From Laetmonice hystrix (taxonomy: Eukaryota), in contig OZ249436.1 of assembly GCA_965235115.1 (NCBI GenBank), forward strand, positions 11,844,001 through 11,908,000: a stretch of DNA of 64,000 bases, read 5' to 3'. Below the pieces are notes generated by a model. The model saw nothing but the letters and a program-made list of their open reading frames with translations, did not search any database and was not told where the DNA came from. A program made the position numbers and the translations under genes. Below are positions 11,401-52,502 of this stretch, one piece after another. Positions within the stretch are counted from its first letter, which is position 1, and each line of letters starts with the position of its first letter.

Positions 11401-14400
11401 TGAAATTCAACATTGCAGTTGCCTGTTGTCGCAATGAAGCGAACGTCTCATGGCTGGTTGTTTACCTGGCACTGACTGAACCAGCCAGTGAAATTCATTG
11501 GTTCATCGCTCTTATAGTGCCTGCATGGTTCCAAATCTAACGGCATCGTTTCGAGTCAAGAAGTGTACTAAAATAACAAACTGACATTTAAATATAATGT
11601 GCAGATATGATATTTTCAACAACAAAAAAGAAACGACCCCCACCCCCACCCTTCGAAATAATAGACGATTATAGTAGGCTAATCCTTCTTGTTACGCATT
11701 TTAAAGTTTGCTTATAATGTACTGACCCCACTATAGAAACAAGTCCATCACAAACGGCTGAAAATGACTTCGTGCAGGAAGAGACTCGTCTCATCAAGGA
11801 CTTGCTGCACCGTGCCAACAAACTGGCCCGCCCTGTCCGACATCCAAATGACACCGTCAACATCAAGTTTGGTCTCGGCATTCTCTCGCTAGATGAGGTC
11901 GTAAGTACAGCAGGCGAGTCTTTACTAATTTTTAGGCGGTGCAGGTCTGCCTTACAAAAAGGGCACGACTGTTTATTTTATTCAATCGCCATTTAGAACA
12001 CACGAGACGTATTTTCTCTCTTTTTTTTGCATGAAACCCAATAGAGAATAGCAAATAAAATCTTTAAAGTTGAGAGGTAGAGAGATGCTATCCTCATGGG
12101 ATATTTTAATCCATGAGTACATCATATGTCACAGGACTCAACCGAGTGCTCCATGACGACTACAGTTTGGACCCGACAAGTACGTATATATAGGCATATC
12201 GGTTTTGAATTCCCTCAGGGGTTTCCCCCTTCAATTTTCACTCAGTGGTAAGCCTACCTCAGTATACAAATTCGGTAAAACATCACATGTTCCTTGGAAT
12301 ACTTGTAGATTGTAGCCTTTGTTTGTTTGTTGTGTTTTTGATGTGAAGTTGTGGCGGGACGAGTCTATGAAATGGGATCCAGCTGCCTACAGCGGTATAT
12401 GGAGTGTGCACGTACCTATCGATAGCATATGGACTCCTGGCCTTACCGTTTACAACAGGTAAGACGAGAGCTACCTTAAAGCGGAGATAAAAGTTCCTAA
12501 ATAGACAAGTTCCTAAATAGACATTCTGAAAATATACCTGTGTGTCGATTTCATACAGAAAACTGCAGACAAAATCACCTCCTATTGAAAAACTATAGTT
12601 TTTTCCTCTAATGTTGACATCTTCGCGCTGGGAGGATGATCGGAGCGTGAGAACAAACATTATAGCTCGATCTGAAAGCAGTCGATCCAAGTTTCGTGGA
12701 CACATTGGCTGATACTATACGAATTAAATCCTATAAACAAGGAATCTTATCTGCCACATGTTTGCTAGCAGTCAGGTGGTCATTTCATAGGTAGAGGCAT
12801 TATTATTGTGTTACGTATTTTACTTCCGATTTAATGAATAGTCATTGTCAAAAAAATGTCACCCAATATAGGCCCTATACTAATTATTGCACTGAGTGGG
12901 AATAAGATCATGCACTCCATATTGAGTACATTATCCTGATAGTCCTGACTGAACACAATAAGTGGATATTGCATGGCGGAGAGAACGTTAGAATGCTTCT
13001 TTCCCTATTAAGAGGAGTCGAGAGCTTATTTAGGGGATGAAACACGAGAAACACGAGAGTGACATAAGACTCTATAAAAGTTACTTTTAGTGGTGTCAGC
13101 GTGTGCTTATAATGTATAGTGGGCCCTAGGCCTAGTATATTACTTTTTTAGTTCTACTTTGTGTAAGTATTTGTGTCTTAGCTGCCAACGAATGCTTAAA
13201 TTATTCGCCCACAGCAAGAGACCTTCCGTCTACACTCTGGAGGCACCTGCCACTATTTATAGCACGGGTGACGTGGTTTGGATCCCGCAGAGACGTATAT
13301 TCTCCTCCTGTGATATCGATTTGACGTATTTTCCGTATGACGTACAGGAGTGTTCTATCCAGATATGTTCCTGGACATATGACGGATCCAAGGTGTGTAA
13401 ATATGAAGGTGATAGAGGTAAAGCCGTATACAGGCCCGTACAGCAGCCTCTGCTGTGCGGGTGGGGGGGGGGGCGAGGTCAGCCAGGTGGGACTCTACCA
13501 GTATAATGTTCAGTATAATGTTCAGTATATACAAACACTACAATCACATCAAAGAATTTCAGGAACGTTTATTGAAAACAGTGAGATGGAAAATGGTCTG
13601 AAGTTAGGAGCTGTCCGAAGTCAGGAAACCTTACAAAAAGTGCAAGAAAACCCAACCATACCAAGATCACAGTTTCACTGTAACACGTACAGGAGACTCA
13701 GGAGTCGTAAAGTAAATGATATCGATAGGTAACTATACCACCCCCACCCCCACCCCCACCCCCACCCCCACCCCCACCCCCCTATGGGCCTGGTATACAC
13801 TGTAAGACGGGTTAGGTGCATGGCCTTCCCCTGTGTGATACATGATGTGATACATGATGTGATACACGCCTAAGGGGCAGACAAGAAAATACAAAACAAA
13901 TAAAAATTGTTTTCATTCTTCATTTTAACCTTTTGTGTGATAAGAACAATATTTTCTGCACCATCTGATGAGCAAGCAGTCTCCCCTCCCCCCCCCCCCC
14001 CACTGTATCTCCGCCCCCTAAATAGCCGCCAATTCGATATATTTCAGGTATCCCTGGAGTTTTATGGTGACCAGCCTCATTTTGATATCCGTGAGTACAG
14101 AGCTCTAATCGAATGGGACATCGTGGACCACTCAGCCATGAAGAATGTCAAGTACTACACGTGCTGCAAACAACCTTTCCCGGACCTCACATTTAAACTG
14201 AGCATCCGACGACGGCCTATCATTTACACGTTTGTCTACATCTGGCCTGGCGTGTTGCTGGCCCTAGCAACACCATTTATGTTCCTCATGCCTCCACAAG
14301 ACGGTTCAAGAATTGCTTTGGGTGAGGAAGTGCCAGATTGTATAATGTAAGCTCGACAGCGAAAAGCCAGTGGCGAATCTGGAGGGGGGCCCCCTTTACG

Positions 14401-15554
14401 AAGTAATTTGTCTTTTTTTGCATGAAAGCTTCAAACCAAACACACACACACCTTAGGCACAACCCCCACCCACCCACCCACCCACGCGCACTGGTTGGCG
14501 CAAACCTGAATCCGCCCTGGAAAAGCTAACATTCACTAACTTAATTGTTCTTCAATATACAGAAGCTCCAGCTTTTTGAATGTTAGGTGAAAAACTAAAT
14601 CACGTTTATCAATATGAGAGATGAACAATACGCTGCATGTAGACTGTGTGGGATCATGTTTCAAGGTACTGGCATACTCGTCTGCGTCACACTCTTCTTT
14701 ATCAACCTTGAGCGTTCCATTCGAGCGGATCATTCAGCGATACCACTGATAAGTAAGTTTGACTTTAGTCAAGATGAATAGTTGCAGATGTTTCCCCTGA
14801 TTTCACCTTCCTGGACAAATAACATAGCCAGTTTTACTAAAGACACATAGGCTACCTCATACCTACACTCTATTAGCCTATATTATGATTGATTCTGAAA
14901 CTGGACTAGCCATCTCTAAATGAACCGGACCCATATTTCCAAAGACAAAACTGTAAAAAAGGTTGCATTTCTTAACTATCTCACGGGTGGGTATAGGACT
15001 ATATCAAGAATGTTATATTTCAGACAAGTACTACATGGCCCAATACACTCTTGTAATAATTTCCCTCGCCAATGCAACCATCGTCACCAACCTTGCCGCG
15101 CGGGTCAAATCATTCAAACAACCACCAGAAATCCTGAAAAAGGTACCACGTCATTCAACTTGGTCTCATAATCCTAGTGTTAGGCCCCTAACATTTCCGC
15201 TAGTCCCTTTCTCTAAATATACAGTAGTAGTGAATCTTGCTTACTAAAATAACAGCGGTTTCATTTCAACTTCACCAGTGCCGTACGTTGCTTGTGTTGC
15301 CGCAGTTTGTGCTGACGTTCTTGGGCCGGATGGTGCGCGTTTCGAATCACTCAGACGACGACCTACCACTCATCAACCAGTCGGGCTCTCCAAGCAAAGT
15401 TAACAACTACGACGGCCGGCCGACCGCCGACACGTGGTCATCGGGCAGCAGGGACTGGCTGCTCATAGCCACGGTTATTGACCGGCTCATGCTGCTTATC
15501 TACCTTCTGCTGCTCATCCTGGTACCAGTCTCTGTCTTCCTCCGCCGTCCCTAG
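8402..15554 (+). CDS. Nicotinic acetylcholine receptor alpha-like subunit, gene 2 (tandem paralog); 9 exons, ~439 aa
   Basis: Exons: 8402-8495 (signal peptide MSDRSTVFNILQTLAIVLVGVLCLPPSQANS), 11737-11900, 12135-12179, 12349-12458, 13215-13392, 14048-14321, 14666-14752, 15024-15142, 15306-15554 (1320 nt, phases consistent). Motifs: Cys-loop CDIDLTYFPYDVQEC, SWTYDG, YYTCCKQPFPD, DWLLIATVIDR. Confidence 0.92.
10309..10880 (+). mobile_element. Non-autonomous TIR element (Mutator-like MITE), copy 1
   Basis: Imperfect TIRs CATTCGAGATTCCCTC / GAGGATTCCCGATTG. Flanking 10-bp direct repeat ACTGGCCAGA. Full-length inverted homolog at 16383-16925. Confidence 0.8.
13738..13782. repeat. (CCCCCA)n microsatellite in nAChR gene 2 intron 5
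   Basis: About 7 hexamer units, read directly. Confidence 0.85.
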
Positions 15555-16224
15555 ACTTCAGCCATGATAAAGGAACAACGGAATGCAAAAGATAGCCTAC
15601 CCTTATGTCATCTTTACAAACATGCTGTGTAGGCCTACTAGACAAGACCAGTCCGGAAAGGGACTTTTCGTTTGTTGTTTTAGTATTTATTATCCTATTT
15701 CCCCATGCCTACAGGGTAAATGGGATTTTGAAATTGTGTGGTTTCGTAGAGTATTTTTCTGCTTCATGCTGAATGCAGAAATTTGGTGGGAAGTGTTTTG
15801 TGCTTTTGGAGATTAGTCAATCCGCAATTTTTTTTCTTATTTATGACCCTCGATCTTTGATGAGGTCGATTGACTTAGATGGGTGATATCCTGGGACGTG
15901 CTTAAAATACGATGTAAATAAAACTACTCCACTGAAGTACAGAAGGAGGCACGTCTCTCTGTCTGTTTGTTGCTCTCTCACCAAAGTATAAAATTACAAA
16001 TGTAACAGTATTTTTATCAGTTTTCCACGAAGAAATGTGTGTCAGCGTAAAATGTGCATCACTGTACTGCCGTTCGTGGACACTAGGCCAGCGTCACTCG
16101 GCGCCATCCTCTGTGTTAACGTTATTTACAAGGCCCTGGGTTCACAATCTGGCCCCTTCGTTCCATATGATGGCCTTACCACGCCGTAAATCACCAACAC
16201 TCGCTCGTTGTCTGCTAACAGGCA

Positions 16225-17007
16225 TCCAGACCCAAACTGTGGAAGTGGCACCCCCTAGCGGGATGTGAAGCACCCAGACCCAAACTTTGGCAGTGGTGCC
16301 CCCTAGCGGGATGTTAAGCACCCAGACCCAAACTGTGGCAGTGGTGCCCCCTAGCGGGATGTGAAGCACCCAGACCCAAACTCATTCGGGAATCCTCGGC
16401 CATTTCTTCGAAAGTAGCCTCGGGTGAAATAGGCGCCATTTTGAGCATTGCATCGCGGGTAGCCTACATTTAGCCGGGCCTGTCGCCAGCATGGCAGTGT
16501 TTGCGGTATTTTGCCTGCATCAGGCATGGAAGCAACTAAAATAGGCCTCCAGCGCTTTCCCCAAAGTCAGTGGGCAATATTACGATAGTATCATGTTCAT
16601 GATACAAGTGGGCCTACCAAGAGTCGTGTTGTTGTCGTTCATGGGCGCGGCCATATTTCTTCCCATAATTTGATAAATTACCGTATCACGCCCATTTAGG
16701 TAAATTAGGTGATTCATTTTTCTTCTTCAAACGTTCCCCTTCATAGTGGAAATTTACATTTGCACATACAACGCCGAAGGAGCAGGTTTCAATAATGCAC
16801 TACTTCCTGGCTCGATGGGCCTCGCTACACAGGTCGATTTCGCCATGTATCTGGTTGCCAATGGCGCCCATTTCACCCGAGGGTATGCAGAATTGACGTC
16901 ATAATGCCCGAGGGAATCCCGAATGACCCAAACTGTGGAAGTGGTGCCCCCAGCGGGATGTGAAGCACCCAGACCCAAACTGTGGAAGTGGCGCCCCCTA
17001 GCGGGAT
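16225..17007. repeat. 48-bp minisatellite interrupted by MITE copy 2
   Basis: Unit CCCAGACCCAAACTGTGGCAGTGGTGCCCCCTAGCGGGATGTGAAGCA. About 3 copies lie before 16383 and about 1.7 after 16925. Confidence 0.85.
16383..16925 (-). mobile_element. Non-autonomous TIR element (Mutator-like MITE), copy 2
   Basis: TIRs CATTCGGGAATCC / GGAATCCCGAATG. 9-bp TSD ACCCAAACT (16374-16382 and 16926-16934). Reverse-complement homolog of 10309-10880. Confidence 0.82.
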
Positions 17008-17805
17008 AATGTAGACCTATGCCAAAAATAAATCCATGTATCATTTTATGATGTATATTAGGCCTACCTTTATTCTTCTTTAACCCAAAGGCAAGACACG
17101 ACGAAAGTTGTATTTATGAAATTATTATTTTTTTATTTGCACATGGCGTCCCCAAAACATTACACGTAACATTTGGCAGATTATGTACAGGGCGGAGTGT
17201 CTCGTGTATTTGTGGTTAAGGAGACAGCCAGAGAACGTGGGTTGTGCAATACTCGGGTATCACCGGTACAGCGATCCGACGGGCGTCGATATACAATGTC
17301 TGCCAGCCGACATACCTCTTTAATACAAACACTCACCGGTGATACTTCAAAGGCTGAAAGAAAGTCTCACTGACTATGTCAAAATACCTTTGCCACCGGC
17401 CAAGGGTGGTGTGTTCCCAGCACTGCACCTGGAAGTACCCTCAGGAAAAATTCTAATTCGCCGCTCCTCGCAGCAGGTTAGAAGAATCGACAACATGATG
17501 TGCACAGACCCGGTGGATGGTAATTTACTGTGTATTCGCCAGCAGATCTGCTACAGTCTTTCACATGGTCACAGTGATTAACCAACCCAATATCCATGGT
17601 CTTGTACTACCAGAAACGTCTGCGCCACACCCAACCAGCTCGGCAATGCAGAAAGATAAACCATGCAGGCAATTGTTCTTGTCCCCCGATAGGGACTACA
17701 GCTAACGATTCAACACCCCAATCACGTCCAAGGTACAATATACTGTGGAACGTCTTACATGAAGACTCCTGCCCACGTGAGGCTTGGCACACGGCACGTG
17801 TCCCG

Positions 17806-17950
17806 ACTCGGGCACGTTTCCACACCTAGTTGGATGACATAACTCGGGCACGTTTCCACACCTAGTTGGATGACATAACTCGGGCACGTTTCAACACCTA
17901 GTTGGATGACATAACTCGGGCACGTTTCAACACTTAGTTGGATGACATAA
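17806..17950. repeat. 36-bp minisatellite, 4 copies
   Basis: Unit ACTCGGGCACGTTTC(C/A)ACACCTAGTTGGATGACATA at 17806, 17842, 17878 and 17914, with no spacers. Confidence 0.9.
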
Positions 17951-19914
17951 CACCATCCGTTTGTACGCTCCGGACTGTTGGTAGACCCAGGGATTGGAGT
18001 GTCTACATGCTGCCCCCTTTGTACATTATCTTACGACGGGTACCGCCGCCGCCGGCTGCTACTGCACACGTACAATCCTAGAACAGAGACGCTTTCTGCG
18101 TCTGGAAGGAGCAATATCACAGTCCTTTGGAAACAGTTCTTACCAGTCAACGTGGATCGGTGCTTGACCAGTACAAGTACCAGTACCTTGCAGCCTTCAC
18201 AATCGGCAACAATATTCCTAGCTCGGTTGGCGACCCGTCTTCACTGACGGTGTTACGGCCTACTGTACCGTATAATCAGTTCAGCTCTCTTCACCCTACA
18301 GTGGAAGGTGACGACTGCGCCTCCTAACGACAATGGCTTTATGTTAGGGTGGTCAAGACTTCCCCCCATGAAGTACTCAGTGGTGGTGGTGACCTCACTG
18401 AATGCTTTGTTCGTGCCCCTGTAGAATGCTGCTGTCAACAATGGTATACATAGAAAGATGCACACGTCATCCTCACATTGCAGACCGATCAATAAATAAG
18501 TAACTACCAACACACGGCTCTCAGTAAAACCTTAACATTCTAGCTGGTGACAAGCACGGAATAAATTATCATCTCATATATCAACACTTTAAAATGCGCG
18601 TTTCCATTTTTTTTCAAGTACTATAGCACCACTGTGCCAAAGATGCAATTTTGCCAAACAAACAATCTTGGTCATTTATACATTACTATTATGTTGGAAA
18701 GAAGAAATCACTTCTTAATTACATTTAACCTTTTGGTTTAGACAAATATTTTTACGAGGTATAAATTGCATTAATTTAAGTGCGAGAAATATTCCTTTTA
18801 TTTTTAACACTTGGTATGCCTGTTTTCTGACCTTAGTTACGGCATATCCTTTGTTAATAAGAGGACTTGTCCTTTTAATAAACTGCAGTCACAGGCACCA
18901 TATTCAGGTAAATGATTTCAAGTGTCACATGTTCTCCATCAGTCGCTTTGGTGGTTTGTTGGTTACACAACCAACACCTTCGTCTTTATGAGAAAATTAT
19001 ACCTTTACAAAACCATCGAGACAGGAACAATCGCTAAGCACTCAATAATTCCATTGTCATTAGAATTACGGAAGCATCGTGAAATTTCAAGAATTGTTTG
19101 GATTTTTCTACAGGTCTGATTACTTATAACACAACTCTTTTGCAGTATCATGCATCCTACGCGGCACCTTTTCGAATAACATCAAAATTATATAAATAAT
19201 AAACAAAATACCTGCTGTGCCACCATACTTATATAGATATAGCAACGGGCCTCCATCGAGTCGGTCTATTGTTCCATGTGGTTCCTGTAGGGGAAATTTC
19301 TAAGTTCCCTGTTGGAAACCATCCTTGACAGCTGTCTGCCACCTACAGCATCCCCCAACGTTAAACATCAGCCGACACATAATGTCAGTATGCCCACAAA
19401 CCTTCCAACAGCCTTGCATCAACAAGTTGACCTCATCTCATACATCCGACGACTTCAAATATTCAAATCTCCCGCGAAACTTGTTGCCGATTCCTTCCTT
19501 GTGCTTCCACAACAGCTCCATCTCATTCTCCACATATTGTTCACACATTCTAATCTGTCTCTCGGTCACTGTATCACTGTGACTGTATATCTGAGTATAC
19601 ATCAGTAGTCCATGATCGGTGTAGTGAGTCTGAATGACAACACTGTGGCTGGGACATTATATAGCAGCAGCTCACGACGTACGGACCCAAGCCATCAGTG
19701 TACCATCACATTAACACACCCAACTAACTCTGTACACTCCTCAAGCAACGCTGCTCCAAGGATTCTAGCCTGGCACGTAACATCAACATTTACCCCCTGT
19801 ATACGGCCGATACCTTGTAACGGTACCTCTGCACCCCAACTCATAACATCACAGACTGAGCATCTTTATAACCTCCGAGGAGGCTGCCCTGTATTCGGGC
19901 ACCAATCACCATCG

Positions 19915-47779
<27,865 letters not shown>

Positions 47780-47787
<8 letters not shown>

Positions 47788-48600
47788 TTTGGCGGCCCCT
47801 CGCTCAGTCCGCCGTCATACCAGTGTTGGGCGGTGTGTGCTGCGTACCCGGGGCCAGAGTTGCCGGTCGATTGACGCACTTCATGCGGCTTTTTTTGTCT
47901 GCTCGGCTCCTCCGCCCGCCGCCGTTCTGTTTACACCTCCTGTCGATGACATGATAATCAAAATAAACACAAGAGCATCTAAGGAATCGAACTTATTCCA
48001 GCTGGCAAAATTCACAAGTGGCGTTGTGACCGTCTTCTTTTGGAGAACGAGCTTCGGTGCTCGTAAACGTCAACAAAGTCCGTCAAAGTATTTGTAAACC
48101 AGTCTATTTTTCAAATATAAAGCAAATGGAAGACGAAACTGCACATTAAAGTATTCAGAAGCACGTGTCAAGGGCAATTCTGCCGAATAAAACTGTATTA
48201 GAGCAGCACCTGTCGTCACTTTCCCGAAGATAATTTTTACAGCAGGTCAAGATGGTCTGAACGAGATGGCGGCCATTACAACTCTGCTGCTTCCTCGCTC
48301 GCGAGGCGGCGCGGAGCATCATGGGATGCATCATCACGAGTGAAAGCCGGCGCAAAATTGCACTTTTCACGGGCCGATTACGTGACTGTCTTGTCAGTTG
48401 TCAACAATCTGATAGTTTCATTCGAAAGAAGAGGTTTAAATTAGACAGAAAATGTCCACAAAGAATATCTCCATCATGTACAACGTCGTCTTATAGGCGT
48501 CTCCAGTGACAAAAGGGCTGGCATCCGCAAAGAAAAGACGAAAAAGGACGAACGGACCGGAAGTGATGCCGAACATTTCCCGCAAAGTTTTACTAAAAAC
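47780..48600 (-). promoter_or_regulatory. CpG-rich CHD1 5' UTR/promoter region
   Basis: Abrupt switch to CpG-rich sequence upstream of GCCGCCAAAATGAGCCAG|GTAAAC. YY1-like AGATGGCGGC at ~48263 and ETS-like ACCGGAAGTG at ~48556. Confidence 0.6.
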
Positions 48601-48708
48601 GTATTTGTTTCGGATAAGTAGCCTACCTGTGTTTATATTTACTGATTTATAGGGATTTTTTTCGTAATTGGTAATTTTTACAGAAAGACGTTTGAGGATT
48701 GGTCTTGT

Positions 48709-49147
48709 TAGCCTGGTCCCCGCGCCTACCATACGCATCCGCTTGATGTTAGGCCCGGTGATGGCTAACAGAAAGCTGTAAAACGGAAGTGGTGGTCTCC
48801 AAGCACTTCCGCCTCGGAGCTAATCACTTCCGCCTCCGGCGTTAACAGAGTGATAGACTTCTGCTTGGAGCGTGGCCGGGAGTGGCCAACATGCGACTGC
48901 GTATGCAGACCGTTGCAGGTGTGGGGACTGGTGACGCTATGTTTACATCCAGAAAAGCGAGGACATTTAACACTTGTATTTTAAAGGGATTGACGAAAAT
49001 ATTTGTGTCTTGTTGGAGAAATACGGGGGGTACGGAACTATACCTCGTTTGCGTCCATGTTTTCGATGGGCCAATCACAACGCTTGCTTCGATTGGCCTA
49101 CGCCAGGCTCTATATACGAAGTTAATATAGAGCTGGGGACCCGGCTA
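48709..49147. mobile_element. MITE with 9-bp TSD upstream of CHD1
   Basis: TIRs TAGCCTGGTCCCC / GGGGACCCGGCTA. TSD TGGTCTTGT at 48700-48708 and 49148-49156. Confidence 0.78.
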
Positions 49148-50682
49148 TGGTCTTGTTCGTCAGCAAACGTGTATTTTGTCCCACACCAGGTGGCGACACT
49201 AGAGTTGATGTAGTCCATCTGGCGGACACACCAACGGCATGGCCACCTGCGCAAGCCGTTTTTTTGCCTATAATACTATTTTTCATAATAGTAATATCAC
49301 TAAATCAATCTCTAATTCTATTTCTGATATCTCTAATCTTTTGTTATATCTCTCACTTTTTATTAATGTCATTAAATATTTAATGATATCGACAATGTTT
49401 GGTGGTATCAGGAATGAGGGATACTTCGCCTGAGATTGTTTTGATAGTAGCCTACCAGTACCGGTCTAAAGAACGACAGTTTGCGGCCAAGGGTACTAGG
49501 CCTATAGGAATTTATGCTTTCTTTCTTTGTATAGGCCTATCTAGGCCTATTTTTTATAAAGGTATTTTTTTACTTTCTTATTACGCCTATTTTTTTGCGA
49601 TTCACTTGCATTTTGTCCAGCGCGCCCTTTAAGGAAGAACTGCAATTATTCGGCCTAGCCCTAGAATATAGGCCTAATAGCGGTTAAAATAAAAATACTA
49701 CTGTCTATAGTAGGCGCCTAATCGCGTATGCAGCTTAATTCAGGCTGACATCTGCCTGAAACACTGACTCAATATTCCCTAGGCCTATTTGGGGGAGTCA
49801 TAGTCTTGATAATGTAAAATGTCGTTTAGGGTTCACTGGCAGGCCTAATTGGGCTGATATAACTTTATCCAAATGCAATGGCAGGGTAAAATTTTTATAG
49901 CCTAATTATTCTATCAATCAGTAGGTTTAATATTAATTAGATCTATGCTTTTTTTAACTGCTGGCCTAGCACGGCGGAGCGTCGGTCTCTAATAGGCCTA
50001 GCATGTGCACTGTCAGGGGCGCCGGGATCCAGGTTAAGGCGCCAAGGGGGGGGGGGGGGGTTGTGGGTGCCAAGGAGGGGGGTTATGTTTGGGTTTGGTT
50101 TGAATCTTTCAAGCAAAATAAAATAAAAATTACTTCATAAGGGGGGTTACAAACCCCCGTAACCCCCCCCCCCCCCCCGATGCTTCTCAAAAGAAGAAGC
50201 CTAGGCCCAGGTCGGCAAGCCGCGAAGCGGTGGCCCCATTACCCATACACCCCTTCATTTCAGCAAATGGGCGCAATCGTGAGCGTCTGTCGGCCTATTT
50301 GGCCATCTAGCGAGTGACCAGGGAACTTGGTTCATTTTTCCGCCGCTAGGTGACTGAAGGCGGCAAAGGTGCAAGGGCAGGGGCGCATCTTGAGGGGTCG
50401 CTGCCGGGGTAGATCTAAGGGGGGCGGGTGTTGCTGGGGGGGGGGGGCACCGAGAGAGGTCGCTGCCGGGGTATGGGGGGCGGGTGTTGCTGGAGGGGGG
50501 GGGGGGCACCGGGTGTTTGGAAATGTCAGACGGTGGCAGATCCAGGAGGGGTAGGGGGTTTAACCCTCTCTTGGTCTTTTTCTTTTTTCCCCACCATGCT
50601 CATGCTGACCCCCCCCCAGCAAATTCTTCCCCTAACCCTTACCAAAATCATGGATCCGCCCCTGTTTGTCTTGGACTAGGCC

Positions 50683-50849
50683 CAGTAGCGTACCCGGGGG
50701 GGGGGGGTGCTTGGGTGCTCAAGCACCCCCCTCAATTTGCCAATTTTTTTTTTGGTTTGTTTTTTGGTGCGCTTGTTACCAATTTGCAGCGCCTACGACG
50801 TTGGTTATTTCCAGCACCCCCCTGGGTCCAGTTTCTGGGTACTCCACTG
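50683..50849. mobile_element. GC-rich MITE with 5-bp TSD
   Basis: TIRs CAGTAGCGTACCC / GGGTACTCCACTG, flanked by AGGCC. Confidence 0.68.
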
Positions 50850-52502
50850 AGGCCTAGGCCTACCTATATTGTCCAACCTGACGCCTGTTACCTACCGGGT
50901 ATCACATTTTCCACTACTGGGGTATTTTTCCTGCGTGACTGATTGACTGCATGGTTTGTGGATCTAATAGATCTCGGCTAGCTCCATGGTTGCATCGCTG
51001 ACACAATGCTATATCGAGGTAATAGCTCGGCCACTTTCTCGGCAACTGCCCAGTTTCAAAAACATTTTCATATGGACTGAAAAAACTGTAAATGTTAGAG
51101 CAAACATTAAGCTACACCATTAGGTTCGGGGTGGTATCCATGAAAGTCGTTCTTGTGTACCGCTGATACGAGTAGGCTACGTGTAGCTTCAGTGAATAAT
51201 GATTTATAGAGTTGGATCGGTGTGAGAATGCCGACATGTCAGCGGTCTTGACATGTTAGTTTTTAGGATTATCCTGACCGGGAATGAAGCGTCCTATATA
51301 GGGCTAGTCCTCCGGTAAATCACCGGTCCTATATAGACACTCTGCATGCATGTCGGACAGACTATCACAGGCCTCAAACAAAGTCGTTTTATATAGGCCT
51401 AATTCGTGCCTATACCTATATGCCTATAGTAGGCGTAGGTAGGCTATAGACAGGATGGCGGTGCATTATGATACCTGCGAATGATTTTTAAAATGAAAAT
51501 ATAAAGCATAAGGGCATAATTTAGAGCGTTTGACATGGTTGGTGCAGACAGATTAATGATGACTAAAATTAAGTATCTAACATTTGGATTTAACCGTTTG
51601 TTCCAATTGCATCTCATGCACCGTGTCTGGGACCAAGTTAATTGGTCATTGTAACTTATTGACACACCATTGGAAAGAGAACGGTTTGGCCCATCATGCA
51701 GATATACACTTGGTAAATTATAGTTAGTATCTTCTACATCTTATAGATCTACACCCTCTCCGGATTAGCTGATTTACAGTAGACTATGTTAATGTATAGA
51801 GTAATGTTAATGTAATACAATGTAATAATGTAATTAATGTAATACAGTATAGGCCTATCCATATACATGTAAATAAAATCATGTATTCATGTTTTGATTT
51901 TACGGCCAATCATAACGGTGAAATGCCAAAATCGGGGCCGGCCGGGCCAGTGGACCATGCAGGCCCTTTATTTAGGTCTATATTGTTTCTCCATAGTGCA
52001 TGGGGTTCTGCCCCAACACTAGTTCATGCCATTATAAACAAGCTGTGAAGTGGGCATGACATGATATTTGCCTAACGATCGAAGAAGTCTAGTCAGAGCT
52101 CAATAGATTATCGTGTAATTTTGTCACAAAGATCCTTGCCCGCGGCACGCCAACATTTAATCAACACTCGACGTGAGACGCTAGGGCACCATTGGTTGTT
52201 GATCTAATGGTGTCTCTCGATCTCTATGTTTTCATGCGAGATGGTCTTGTTTGTCGAGAAATTAGATTCGGGTATTTTATTTGGGGGGAGGGGGGGGGGT
52301 GTTAGGGATGAGGAGTCACAACGGCCGAGCTATGATAGTTAAAAGAAATTGATGGTCAATAATCGGCCTATAGGAAGCCACTCAAAACACCTCTCGTTTT
52401 TAGCCCAGAGAACCAGAGAACCAGAGAACCTGGCAACATTGTACACACAGATTTACAAAACGAGAATGGGCGTAATTATAACTCGTTCAATGATGAGGAA
52501 CA

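Noticed and set aside
17806..17950. 36-bp repeats as a CRISPR array
   Set aside because: Head-to-tail units with no unique spacers, no cas genes, and a eukaryotic intron-rich context. The same applies to the 25-, 48- and 56-bp arrays.
17100..18540. Moderately GC-rich stretch between nAChR gene 2 and the CHD1 3' end as an extra gene
   Set aside because: Only short ORFs with no recognisable domain or consistent splice pattern. It could be UTR or decayed repeat; unresolved.
50395..50515. G-rich ~58-bp duplication and Gly/Pro-rich ORFs at 50255-50942
   Set aside because: These derive from G/C homopolymer-rich MITE fragments; no coding evidence.
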